Shown piece by piece: positions 12,105-26,800 of a stretch of 64,000 nucleotides of DNA. Both the position numbers and the translations under genes were made by a program. The DNA is from Octopus sinensis (taxonomy: Eukaryota): contig NC_043014.1 of the NCBI RefSeq assembly GCF_006345805.1, positions 52,638,001 to 52,702,000 on the forward strand, in the 5' to 3' direction. The stretch's first letter is position 1. Each line of letters starts with the position of its first letter. The notes below the pieces were generated by a model. The model was not told the origin of the DNA. It was given only the letters and a program-made list of their open reading frames with translations, and made no database searches.

Positions 12105-12630
12105 AAATTAAAGACTGATACGGGAGCAGCAGGCAACACATTGCCAATGTGTGCATATCACCAGATGTACAAATCAACTCCAACTGCAGACATGCTTAAA
12201 CCAGAGAAAAACATTCGTCTGATGGCAGACAATGGCCAAAAAATCAAATGCTTGGGATCAATCTACTTTCAGCTTTGCTCAAATGGCAGTAAATTCCATG
12301 ATGCCAAATTCTATGTGGTAGACGTGGATGGACCCCCAATTATCGTATTGCCAACAGGTGAGGCAATAAAACTGGATTCAGCTCCTGATATCACAACAAT
12401 CAAAGGCCTGAAAGAAACATACTCAAATCTTTTTGACAGCCTGGGCAACTTCAAAGGACCCACACAACTGTACATAAAAGCAAGATCGGAACCCTTCATT
12501 GACCCACCTTGGAAATGCTCAGTTCACTTGGAAAAGAAGCTCAATATTGAACTCTGGAAGATGGAAGAAATGGGGGTCATCAAGCCAGTGGTGTTCAAGC
12601 ATGGAATATTCTGTAAAAAAAGATGGATCT
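12105..12630 (+). mobile_element. Ty3/Gypsy LTR-retrotransposon pol remnant (aspartic protease plus RT N-terminus)
   Basis: KLKTDTGAAGNTLP has the retropepsin D-T-G at 12117-12125, in frame with ORF 12141-12668. It is followed by LFDSLGNFKG, PFIDPP..KMEEMGVIKPV and a frameshifted W.SSM..SVKKDGS. No LTRs seen. Confidence 0.78.
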
Positions 12631-12759
12631 ATTTCCCATGTAATTCAGTGTCAAAAGAAGTGGCATAGGAGTACTAAAGTGTGGCAAGTAGACTTTGTTG
12701 CTGTAATCATAAATAACCTGGCCATAATAATAATATTCTGAACATCTGGTTTTCCTGTT

Positions 12760-13300
12760 TCTAGTCCAGCGGCACTGGCAACAACCTTGCTCAGATGTTT
12801 TTTACACGTGCCACCAGCACAAGTACCAGTAAGGTGATGCAGGTAACGACCACACTCGAATGATGCTTTTTACATGCCACTGGCACAGAAGCCAGTTTTT
12901 TGCTCTGGCAATGATCATGCTCGGATGGTACTCTTAGCGCTCCATTTGCACAGATGCCAGTCATTGAATTTGATTTCAATTTCACTTGCCTCAACAGGTC
13001 TTTGAAAGCAGAGTTTAGTGTCCAATGAAGGAAAGGTATGCATAAGTGGGCTGGTTACACCCCTGGCATAGGCCACAGGTTGTGGTCTCACTTGGCTTGC
13101 CGAGTCTTCTCAAGCACAGCATATTTCCAAAGGTCACGGTCACTAGTTATTGCCTCAGAGAGGATCATTGCCTTAGTGAGGGTCATTGCCTTAGTGAGGG
13201 TCATTGCCTCGGTGAGCTCATTGCCTCGGTGAGGGTCATTGCCTCGGTGAGGGTCATTGCCTCGGTGAGGGTCATTGTCTCGGTGAGGGTCATTGCCTCG
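12760..13300 (-). mobile_element. 3' end of an RTE-type LINE or a derived SINE (ORF C-terminus plus 3'UTR)
   Basis: Minus strand reads EAITSDRDLWKYAVLEKTRQAK* (stop at 13088-13090). Downstream UTR-like degenerate tandem motifs lie at 12760-12950. Confidence 0.6.
13148..13300. repeat. 18-bp minisatellite (cattgcctcggtgagggt) x ~8.5
   Basis: 7 units of 18 bp, one of 17 bp and a 10-bp partial unit. Confidence 0.95.
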
Positions 13301-14261
13301 CAGCTAAGCAAATGAGCTTCTCTGAATGTATTGAAAGCATTGTAGCATAATCTGAACACTATTTCAGAAAGTTATCTCTCATTCTCTTTGAGCATATAAA
13401 AGACAAATTTAGATGGGGAAAAATGAGTAAGACAAGACAAGGTAAATTTGCCTCTTCAATTCTCCAGAATAATATTTGGGGAAAAAACTCATAAAACATC
13501 AATATCTTGGTCAAATGAAAGGGAATCATGGGGAAATAGCAAAAAATGAAATTAACGAAACTTGACTAAACCAAAACTTTCAACATAAAACATTCTCTAT
13601 GGCTTCTTCACAACCTGCTGGAGGGGCTTTCTGCAGAATTCTGGTCTAAGCACCCCTGACCACCCAAAATTATCTCGATATTTTATTAGCAACCTCAATT
13701 ACGACTGGGTCAAAGTTGAGAGAAAATTTCTTTAAAGTATCGGTTACCTGACAGTTTCAATCTGTCTCAACTGTAACTGCAACAATGGTGGCCAATGTTT
13801 GCTGCCAAAGAAGATGCAAGAATACAGAATGGTGATGCAATACTCGCAAATGTAATGTTTTCAAACAATTCATGAGAAAATAATGAGAAATTGGTAGTAA
13901 CTCATTTTGTCCTACTTCCTTGTAGCTATTTCAAGTATTTGACAAAAGGATGAAAAATAGGGGAAAGATTAAAAGAAAACATGTGAGCACAAAAGCAATA
14001 ATTCTAAAGCTGAAGAAAAAATGCTTTTAGCTGTTGAGAGACGTAATTTTATAATTGAAACCAAATACAAAATTTAAATTTTGGAACATATTACTTACTT
14101 GCTCTTTCATAAATTAAGACATTTTTCAACGTCTCATTGAAATAATGAAGTTTACAGTGGCAATGTGTGTGTGTCTTTAATGGCCAGTGGTCAATGTGCT
14201 CTAAAGACGATAAATAACTTCTTTCTATCAATCTCTTTATCTATCCTTATATACATCCATA

Positions 14262-14310
<49 letters not shown>

Positions 14311-14883
14311 TTTTTTGGGGGTGTTTTAACAACAATTAAATTCAATGGGAATTGTGGCTGCTTTGGGAATGGGTAACAAAGGGTTTTTTAATTCAATGAA
14401 TTGATGTCACTAATGGAGTTAAAACTAGTTATTTATAAAAAAAAAAGGGTCCATTACATTTTTAAGGATATGTTTGTTTATTCAAAGAGAGCCTCCACAT
14501 GCAAAACTGTCAAGAAGTGGGACCTTCCTATATTAAGTGTTACATACCCTACATAGCAGGAGGGTCCTATATCTAGTGAATGCCTGGGGCAATTGCCTTC
14601 TTCAACCACCTATAAATCAGGTCCTATGTATGATAGAAGTCAACTCGTTAACTGTGTAAGACTTTTCTCCACTGCAGTAAACACTAAGAGCAGAGTATTT
14701 ACAAATGGGCAGTAAACTAATTAAACCTAACAACACTCCTCGGCTCTAATCTCATAACAGTGTTGTAAGCTTTTTGGGGGTTTTTTTGTAATCTTATACA
14801 ACAGCACTGGAAATTATGTATTTTTAGCAAAACAAAAGTGGTTGTAGCGAGACACAAAGAAGCCAGTGCCATTTTGAAACAAC

Positions 14884-17800
14884 GAGATCTCACCTGCAAC
14901 CATTGCCATACACAAGACAAAAATGAGATCTCACCTGCAACCATTGCCATACACAAGACAAAAATGAGATCTCACCTGCAACCATTGCCATACACAAGAC
15001 AAAAATGAGATCTCACCTGCAACCATTGCCATACACAAGACAAAAATGAGATCTCACCTGCAACCATTGCCATACACAAGACAAAAATGAGATCTCACCT
15101 GCAACCATTGACATACACAAGACAAAAATGAGATCTCACCTGCAACCATTGCCATACACAAGACAAAAATGAGATCTCACCTGCAACCATTGCCATACAC
15201 AAGACAAAAATGAGATCTCACCTGCAACCATTGCCATACACAAGACAAAATGAGATCTCACCTGCAACCATTGCCATATGCACAAGACAAAAATGAGATC
15301 TCACCTGCAACCATTGCCATACACAAGACAAAATGAGATCTCACCTGCAACCATTGCCATACACAAGACAAAAATGAGATCTCACCTGCAACCATTGCCA
15401 TACGCAAGACAAAAATGAGATCTCACCTGCAACCATTGCCATACGCAAGACAAAAATGAGATCTCACCTGCAACCATTGCCATACACAAGACAAAAATGA
15501 GATCTCACCTGCAACCATTGCCATACACAAGACAAAAATGAGATCTCACCTGCAACCATTGCCATACACAAGACAAAAATGAGATCTCACCTGCAACCAT
15601 TGCCATAGACAAGACAAAAATGAGATCTCACCTGCAACCATTGCCATACGCAAGACAAAAATGAGATCTCACCTGCAACCATTGCCATACACAAGACAAA
15701 AATGAGATCTCACCTGCAACCATTGCCATACGCAAGACAAAAATGAGATCTCACCTGCAACCATTGCCATACACAAGACAAAAATGAGATCTCACCTGCA
15801 ACCATTGCCATACGCAAAACAAATATGAGATCTCACCTGCAACCATTGCCATACACAAGACAAAAATGAGATCTCACCTGCAACCATTGCCATACACAAG
15901 ACAAAAATGAGATCTCACCTGCAACCATTGCCATACGCAAGACAAAAATGAGATCTCACCTGCAACCATTGCCATACGCAAGACAAAAATGAGATCTCAC
16001 CTGCAACCATTGCCATACACAAGACAAAAATGAGATCTCACCTGCAACCATTGACATACACAAGACAAAAATGAGATCTCACCTGCAACCATTGACATAC
16101 ACAAGACAAAAATGAGATCTCACCTGCAACCATTGCCATACACAAGACAAAAATGAGATCTCACCTGCAACCATTGCCATACACAAGACAAAACTGAGAT
16201 CTCACCTGCAATCATTGCCATACACAAGACAAAACTGAGATCTCACCTGCAACCATTGCCATACACAAGACAAAAATGAGATCTCACCTGCAACCATTGA
16301 CATACACAAGACAAAAATGAGATCTCACCTGCAACCATTGCCATACACAAGACAAAAATGAGATCTCACCTGCAACCATTGCCATACACAAGACAAAACT
16401 GAGATCTCACCTGCAACCATTGCCATACACAAGACAAAAATGAGATCTCACCTGCAACCATTGACATAGACAAGACAAAAATGAGATCTCACCTGCAACC
16501 ATTGCCATACACAAGACAAAAATGAGAACTCACCTGCAACCATTGCCATACACAAGACAAAAATGAGATCTCACCTGCAACCATTGCCATACACAAGACA
16601 AAAATGAGATCTCACCTGCAACCATTGCCATACACAAGACAAAAATGAGATCTCACCTGCAACCATTGCCATACACAAGACAAAAATGAGATCTCACCTG
16701 CAACCATTGCCATATACAAGACACAAATGAGATCTCACCTGCAACCATTGCCATACACAAGACAAAAATGAGATCTCACCTGCAACCATTGCCATACGCA
16801 AGACAAAAATGAGATCTCACCTGCAACCATTGCCATACGCAAGACAAAAATGAGATCTCACCTGCAACCATTGCCATACACAAGACAAAAATGAGATCTC
16901 ACCTGCAACCATTGCCATACGCAAGACAAAAATGAGATCTCACCTGCAACCATTGCCATACACAAGACAAAAATGAGATCTCACCTGCAACCATTGCCAT
17001 ACACAAGACAAAAATGAGATCTCACCTGCAACCATTGCCATACACAAGACAAAAATGAGATCTCACCTGCAACCATTGACATACACAAGACAAAAATGAG
17101 ATCTCACCTGCAACCATTGCCATATACAAGACAAAAATGAGATCTCACCTGCAACCATTGCCATACACAAGACAAAAATGAGATCTCACCTGCAACCATT
17201 GCCATACACAAGACAAAAATGAGATCTCACCTGCAACCATTGCCATACACAAGACAAAAATGAGATCTCACCTGCAACCATTGCCATACACAAGACAAAA
17301 ATGAGATCTCACCTGCAACCATTGCCATACACAAGACAAAAATGAGATCTCACCTGCAACCATTGCCATACACAAGACAAAAATGAGATCTCACCTGCAA
17401 CCATTGACATACACAAGACAAAAATGAGATCTCACCTGCAACCATTGCCATACACAAGACAAAAATGAGATCTCACCTGCAACCATTGACATACACAAGA
17501 CAAAAATGAGATCTCACCTGCAACCATTGCCATACACAAGACAAAAATGAGATCTCACCTGCAACCATTGCCATACACAAGACAAAAATGAGATCTCACC
17601 TGCAACCATTGCCATACACAAGACAAAAGTGAGATCTCACCTGCAACCATTGCCATACACAAGACAAAAATGAGATCTCACCTGCAACCATTGCCATACG
17701 CAAGACAAAAATGAGATCTCACCTGCAACCATTGCCATACACAAGACAAAAATGAGATCTCACCTGCAACCATTGCCATACACAAGACAAAAATGAGATC

Positions 17801-20800
17801 TCACCTGCAACCATTGCCATACACAAGACAAAAATGAGATCTCACCTGCAACCATTGCCATACACAAGACAAAAATGAGATCTCACCTGCAACCATTGCC
17901 ATACACAAGACAAAAATGAGATCTCACCTGCAACCATTGCCATACACAAGACAAAAATGAGATCTCACCTGCAACCATTGCCATACACAAGACAAAAATG
18001 AGATCTCACCTGCAACCATTGCCATACACAAGACAAAAATGAGATCTCACCTGCAACCATTGCCATACACAAGACAAAAATGAGATCTCACCTGCAACCA
18101 TTGCCATACACAAGACAAAAATGAGATCTCACCTGCAACCATTGCCATACGCAAGACAAAAATGAGATCTCACCTGCAACCATTGCCATACACAAGACAA
18201 AAATGAGATCTCACCTGCAACCATTGCCATACACAAGACAAAAATGAGATCTCACCTGCAACCATTGCCATACACAAGACAAAAATGAGATCTCACCTGC
18301 AACCATTGCCATACACAAGACAAAAATGAGATCTCACCTGCAACCATTGCCATACACAAGACAAAAATGAGATCTCACCTGCAACCATTGCCATACACAA
18401 GACAAAAATGAGATCTCACCTGCAACCATTGCCATACACAAGACAAAAATGAGATCTCACCTGCAACCATTGCCATACACAAGACAAAAATGAGATCTCA
18501 CCTGCAACCATTGCCATACACAAGACAAAAATGAGATCTCACCTGCAACCATTGCCATACACAAGACAAAAATGAGATCTCACCTGCAACCATTGCCATA
18601 CACAAGACAAAAATGAGATCTCACCTGCAACCATTGCCATACACAAGACAAAAATGAGATCTCACCTGCAACCATTGCCATACACAAGACAAAAATGAGA
18701 TCTCACCTGCAACCATTGCCATACACAAGACAAAAATGAGATCTCACCTGCAACCATTGCCATACACAAGACAAAAATGAGATCTCACCTGCAACCATTG
18801 CCATACACAAGACAAAAATGAGATCTCACCTGCAACCATTGCCATACACAAGACAAAAATGAGATCTCACCTGCAACCATTGCCATACACAAGACAAAAA
18901 TGAGATCTCACCTGCAACCATTGCCATACACAAGACAAAAATGAGATCTCACCTGCAACCATTGCCATACACAAGACAAAAATGAGATCTCACCTGCAAC
19001 CATTGCCATACACAAGACAAAAATGAGATCTCACCTGCAACCATTGCCATACACAAGACAAAAATGAGATCTCACCTGCAACCATTGCCATACACAAGAC
19101 AAAAATGAGATCTCACCTGCAACCATTGCCATACACAAGACAAAAATGAGATCTCACCTGCAACCATTGCCATACACAAGACAAAAATGAGATCTCACCT
19201 GCAACCATTGACATACACAAGACAAAAATGAGATCTCACCTGCAACCATTGCCATACACAAGACAAAAATGAGATCTCACCTGCAACCATTGCCATACAC
19301 AAGACAAAAATGAGATCTCACCTGCAACCATTGCCATACACAAGACAAAAATGAGATCTCACCTGCAACCATTGCCATACACAAGACAAAAATGAGATCT
19401 CACCTGCAACCATTGCCATACACAAGACAAAAATGAGATCTCACCTGCAACCATTGCCATACACAAGACAAAAATGAGATCTCACCTGCAACCATTGCCA
19501 TACACAAGACAAAAATGAGATCTCACCTGCAACCATTGCCATACACAAGACAAAAATGAGATCTCACCTGCAACCATTGCCATACACAAGACAAAAATGA
19601 GATCTCACCTGCAACCATTGCCATACACAAGACAAAAATGAGATCTCACCTGCAACCATTGCCATACACAAGACAAAAATGAGATCTCACCTGCAACCAT
19701 TGCCATACACAAGACAAAAATGAGATCTCACCTGCAACCATTGCCATACACAAGACAAAAATGAGATCTCACCTGCAACCATTGCCATACACAAGACAAA
19801 AATGAGATCTCACCTGCAACCATTGACATACACAAGACAAAAATGAGATCTCACCTGCAACCATTGCCATACACAAGACAAAAATGAGATCTCACCTGCA
19901 ACCATTGCCATACACAAGACAAAAATGAGATCTCACCTGCAACCATTGCCATACACAAGACAAAAATGAGATCTCACCTGCAACCATTGCCATACACAAG
20001 ACAAAAATGAGATCTCACCTGCAACCATTGCCATATACAAGACAAAAATGAGATCTCACCTGCAACCATTGCCATACACAAGACAAAAATGAGATCTCAC
20101 CTGCAACCATTGCCATACACAAGACAAAAATGAGATCTCACCTGCAACCATTGCCATACACAAGACAAAAATGAGATCTCACCTGCAACCATTGCCATAC
20201 ACAAGACAAAAATGAGATCTCACCTGCAACCATTGCCATACACAAGACAAAAATGAGATCTCACCTGCAACCATTGCCATACACAAGACAAAAATGAGAT
20301 CTCACCTGCAACCATTGCCATACACAAGACAAAAATGAGATCTCACCTGCAACCATTGCCATACGCAAGACAAAAATGAGATCTCACCTGCAACCATTGC
20401 CATACACAAGACAAAAATGAGATCTCACCTGCAACCATTGACATACACAAGACAAAAATGAGATCTCACCTGCAACCATTGCCATACACAAGACAAAAAT
20501 GAGATCTCACCTGCAACCATTGCCATACACAAGACAAAAATGAGATCTCACCTGCAACCATTGCCATACACAAGACAAAAATGAGATCTCACCTGCAACC
20601 ATTGCCATACACAAGACAAAAATGAGATCTCACCTGCAACCATTGCCATACACAAGACAAAAATGAGATCTCACCTGCAACCATTGCCATACACAAGACA
20701 AAAATGAGATCTCACCTGCAACCATTGCCATACACAAGACAAAAATGAGATCTCACCTGCAACCATTGCCATACACAAGACAAAAATGAGATCTCACCTG

Positions 20801-23800
20801 CAACCATTGCCATACACAAGACAAAAATGAGATCTCACCTGCAACCATTGACATACACAAGACAAAAATGAGATCTCACCTGCAACCATTGCCATACACA
20901 AGACAAAAATGAGATCTCACCTGCAACCATTGCCATACACAAGACAAAAATGAGATCTCACCTGCAACCATTGCCATACACAAGACAAAAATGAGATCTC
21001 ACCTGCAACCATTGCCATACACAAGACAAAAATGAGATCTCACCTGCAACCATTGCCATACACAAGACAAAAATGAGATCTCACCTGCAACCATTGCCAT
21101 ACACAAGACAAAAATGAGATCTCACCTGCAACCATTGCCATACACAAGACAAAAATGAGATCTCACCTGCAACCATTGCCATACACAAGACAAAAATGAG
21201 ATCTCACCTGCAACCATTGCCATACACAAGACAAAAATGAGATCTCACCTGCAACCATTGCCATACACAAGACAAAAATGAGATCTCACCTGCAACCATT
21301 GCCATACACAAGACAAAAATGAGATCTCACCTGCAACCATTGCCATACACAAGACAAAAATGAGATCTCACCTGCAACCATTGCCATACACAAGACAAAA
21401 ATGAGATCTCACCTGCAACCATTGCCATACACAAGACAAAAATGAGATCTCACCTGCAACCATTGCCATACACAAGACAAAAATGAGATCTCACCTGCAA
21501 CCATTGACATACACAAGACAAAAATGAGATCTCACCTGCAACCATTGACATACACAAGACAAAAATGAGATCTCACCTGCAACCATTGCCATACACAAGA
21601 CAAAAATGAGATCTCACCTGCAACCATTGCCATACACAAGACAAAAATGAGATCTCACCTGCAACCATTGCCATACACAAGACAAAAATGAGATCTCACC
21701 TGCAACCATTGACATACACAAGACAAAAATGAGATCTCACCTGCAACCATTGACATACACAAGACAAAAATGAGATCTCACCTGCAACCATTGACATACA
21801 CAAGACAAAAATGAGATCTCACCTGCAACCATTGCCATACACAAGACAAAAATGAGATCTCACCTGCAACCATTGCCATACACAAGACAAAAATGAGATC
21901 TCACCTGCAACCATTGCCATACACAAGACAAAAATGAGATCTCACCTGCAACCATTGCCATATACAAGACACAAATGAGATCTCACCTGCAACCATTGCC
22001 ATACACAACAAAAAAATGAGATCTCACCTGCAACCATTGCCATACGCAAGACAAAAATGAGATCTCACCTGCAACCATTGCCATACGCAAGACAAAAATG
22101 AGATCTCACCTGCAACCATTGCCATACACAAGACAAAAATGAGATCTCACCTGCAACCATTGCCATACACAAGACAAAAATGAGATCTCACCTGCAACCA
22201 TTGCCATACGCAAGACAAAAATGAGATCTCACCTGCAACCATTGCCATACACAAGACAAAAATGAGATCTCACCTGCAACCATTGCCATACACAAGACAA
22301 AAATGAGATCTCACCTGCAACCATTGCCATACACAAGACAAAAATGAGATCTCACCTGCAACCATTGCCATACACAAGACAAAAATGAGATCTCACCTGC
22401 AACCATTGCCATACACAAGACAAAAATGAGATCTCACCTGCAACCATTGCCATACACAAGACAAAAATGAGATCTCACCTGCAACCATTGCCATACACAA
22501 GACAAAATGAGATCTCACCTGCAACCATTGCCATACACAAGACAAAAATGAGATCTCACCTGCAACCATTGCCATACGCAAGACAAAAATGAGATCTCAC
22601 CTGCAACCATTGCCATACACAAGACAAAAATGAGATCTCACCTGCAACCATTGCCATACACAAGACAAAAATGAGATCTCACCTGCAACCATTGCCATAC
22701 ACAAGACAAAAATGAGATCTCACCTGCAACCATTGCCATACACAAGACAAAAATGAGATCTCACCTGCAACCATTGCCATACACAAGACAAAAATGAGAT
22801 CTCACCTGCAACCATTGCCATACACAAGACAAAAATGAGATCTCACCTGCAACCATTGCCATACACAAGACAAAAATGAGATCTCACCTGCAACCATTGC
22901 CATACACAAGACAAAAATGAGATCTCACCTGCAACCATTGCCATACACAAGACAAAAATGAGATCTCACCTGCAACCATTGCCATACACAAGACAAAAAT
23001 GAGATCTCACCTGCAACCATTGCCATACACAAGACAAAAATGAGATCTCACCTGCAACCATTGCCATATACAAGACAAAAATGAGATCTCACCTGCAACC
23101 ATTGCCATACACAAGACAAAAATGAGATCTCACCTGCAACCATTGCCATACACAAGACAAAAATGAGATCTCACCTGCAACCATTGCCATACACAAGACA
23201 AAAATGAGATCTCACCTGCAACCATTGCCATACACAAGACAAAAATGAGATCTCACCTGCAACCATTGCCATACACAAGACAAAAATGAGATCTCACCTG
23301 CAACCATTGCCATACACAAGACAAAAATGAGATCTCACCTGCAACCATTGCCATACACAAGACAAAAATGAGATCTCACCTGCAACCATTGCCATACACA
23401 AGACAAAAATGAGATCTCACCTGCAACCATTGCCATACACAAGACAAAAATGAGATCTCACCTGCAACCATTGCCATACACAAGACAAAAATGAGATCTC
23501 ACCTGCAACCATTGCCATACACAAGACAAAAATGAGATCTCACCTGCAACCATTGCCATACACAAGACAAAAATGAGATCTCACCTGCAACCATTGACAT
23601 ACACAAGACAAAAATGAGATCTCACCTGCAACCATTGCCATACACAAGACAAAAATGAGATCTCACCTGCAACCATTGCCATACACAAGACAAAAATGAG
23701 ATCTCACCTGCAACCATTGCCATACACAAGACAAAAATGAGATCTCACCTGCAACCATTGCCATACACAAGACAAAAATGAGATCTCACCTGCAACCATT

Positions 23801-26800
23801 GCCATACACAAGACAAAAATGAGATCTCACCTGCAACCATTGCCATACACAAGACAAAAATGAGATCTCACCTGCAACCATTGCCATACACAAGACAAAA
23901 ATGAGATCTCACCTGCAACCATTGCCATACACAAGACAAAAATGAGATCTCACCTGCAACCATTGCCATACACAAGACAAAAATGAGATCTCACCTGCAA
24001 CCATTGCCATACACAAGACAAAAATGAGATCTCACCTGCAACCATTGCCATACACAAGACAAAAATGAGATCTCACCTGCAACCATTGCCATACACAAGA
24101 CAAAAATGAGATCTCACCTGCAACCATTGCCATACACAAGACAAAAATGAGATCTCACCTGCAACCATTGCCATACACAAGACAAAAATGAGATCTCACC
24201 TGCAACCATTGCCATACACAAGACAAAAATGAGATCTCACCTGCAACCATTGCCATACACAAGACAAAAATGAGATCTCACCTGCAACCATTGCCATACA
24301 CAAGACAAAAATGAGATCTCACCTGCAACCATTGCCATACACAAGACAAAAATGAGATCTCACCTGCAACCATTGCCATACACAAGACAAAAATGAGATC
24401 TCACCTGCAACCATTGCCATACACAAGACAAAAATGAGATCTCACCTGCAACCATTGCCATACACAAGACAAAAATGAGATCTCACCTGCAACCATTGCC
24501 ATACACAAGACAAAAATGAGATCTCACCTGCAACCATTGCCATACACAAGACAAAAATGAGATCTCACCTGCAACCATTGCCATACACAAGACAAAAATG
24601 AGATCTCACCTGCAACCATTGCCATACACAAGACAAAAATGAGATCTCACCTGCAACCATTGCCATACACAAGACAAAAATGAGATCTCACCTGCAACCA
24701 TTGCCATACACAAGACAAAAATGAGATCTCACCTGCAACCATTGCCATACACAAGACAAAAATGAGATCTCACCTGCAACCATTGCCATACACAAGACAA
24801 AAATGAGATCTCACCTGCAACCATTGCCATACACAAGACAAAAATGAGATCTCACCTGCAACCATTGCCATACACAAGACAAAAATGAGATCTCACCTGC
24901 AACCATTGCCATACACAAGACAAAAATGAGATCTCACCTGCAACCATTGCCATACACAAGACAAAAATGAGATCTCACCTGCAACCATTGCCATACACAA
25001 GACAAAAATGAGATCTCACCTGCAACCATTGCCATACACAAGACAAAAATGAGATCTCACCTGCAACCATTGCCATACACAAGACAAAAATGAGATCTCA
25101 CCTGCAACCATTGCCATACACAAGACAAAAATGAGATCTCACCTGCAACCATTGCCATACACAAGACAAAAATGAGATCTCACCTGCAACCATTGCCATA
25201 CACAAGACAAAAATGAGATCTCACCTGCAACCATTGCCATACACAAGACAAAAATGAGATCTCACCTGCAACCATTGCCATACACAAGACAAAAATGAGA
25301 TCTCACCTGCAACCATTGCCATACACAAGACAAAAATGAGATCTCACCTGCAACCATTGCCATACACAAGACAAAAATGAGATCTCACCTGCAACCATTG
25401 CCATACACAAGACAAAAATGAGATCTCACCTGCAACCATTGCCATACACAAGACAAAAATGAGATCTCACCTGCAACCATTGCCATACACAAGACAAAAA
25501 TGAGATCTCACCTGCAACCATTGACATACACAAGACAAAAATGAGATCTCACCTGCAACCATTGCCATACACAAGACAAAAATGAGATCTCACCTGCAAC
25601 CATTGACATACACAAGACAAAAATGAGATCTCACCTGCAACCATTGACATACACAAGACAAAAATGAGATCTCACCTGCAACCATTGACATACACAAGAC
25701 AAAAATGAGATCTCACCTGCAACCATTGCCATACACAAGACAAAAATGAGATCTCACCTGCAACCATTGCCATACACAAGACAAAAATGAGATCTCACCT
25801 GCAACCATTGCCATACACAAGACAAAAATGAGATCTCACCTGCAACCATTGCCATACACAAGACAAAAATGAGATCTCACCTGCAACCATTGCCATACAC
25901 AAGACAAAAATGAGATCTCACCTGCAACCATTGCCATACACAAGACAAAAATGAGATCTCACCTGCAACCATTGACATACACAAGACAAAAATGAGATCT
26001 CACCTGCAACCATTGACATACACAAGACAAAAATGAGATCTCACCTGCAACCATTGCCATACACAAGACAAAAATGAGATCTCACCTGCAACCATTGCCA
26101 TACACAAGACAAAAATGAGATCTCACCTGCAACCATTGACATACACAAGACAAAAATGAGATCTCACCTGCAACCATTGACATACACAAGACAAAAATGA
26201 GATCTCACCTGCAACCATTGCCATACACAAGACAAAAATGAGATCTCACCTGCAACCATTGCCATACACAAGACAAAAATGAGATCTCACCTGCAACCAT
26301 TGCCATACACAAGACAAAAATGAGATCTCACCTGCAACCATTGCCATACACAAGACAAAAATGAGATCTCACCTGCAACCATTGCCATACACAAGACAAA
26401 AATGAGATCTCACCTGCAACCATTGCCATACACAAGACAAAAATGAGATCTCACCTGCAACCATTGCCATACACAAGACAAAAATGAGATCTCACCTGCA
26501 ACCATTGCCATACACAAGACAAAAATGAGATCTCACCTGCAACCATTGCCATACACAAGACAAAAATGAGATCTCACCTGCAACCATTGCCATACACAAG
26601 ACAAAAATGAGATCTCACCTGCAACCATTGCCATACACAAGACAAAAATGAGATCTCACCTGCAACCATTGCCATACACAAGACAAAAATGAGATCTCAC
26701 CTGCAACCATTGCCATACACAAGACAAAAATGAGATCTCACCTGCAACCATTGCCATACACAAGACAAAAATGAGATCTCACCTGCAACCATTGCCATAC

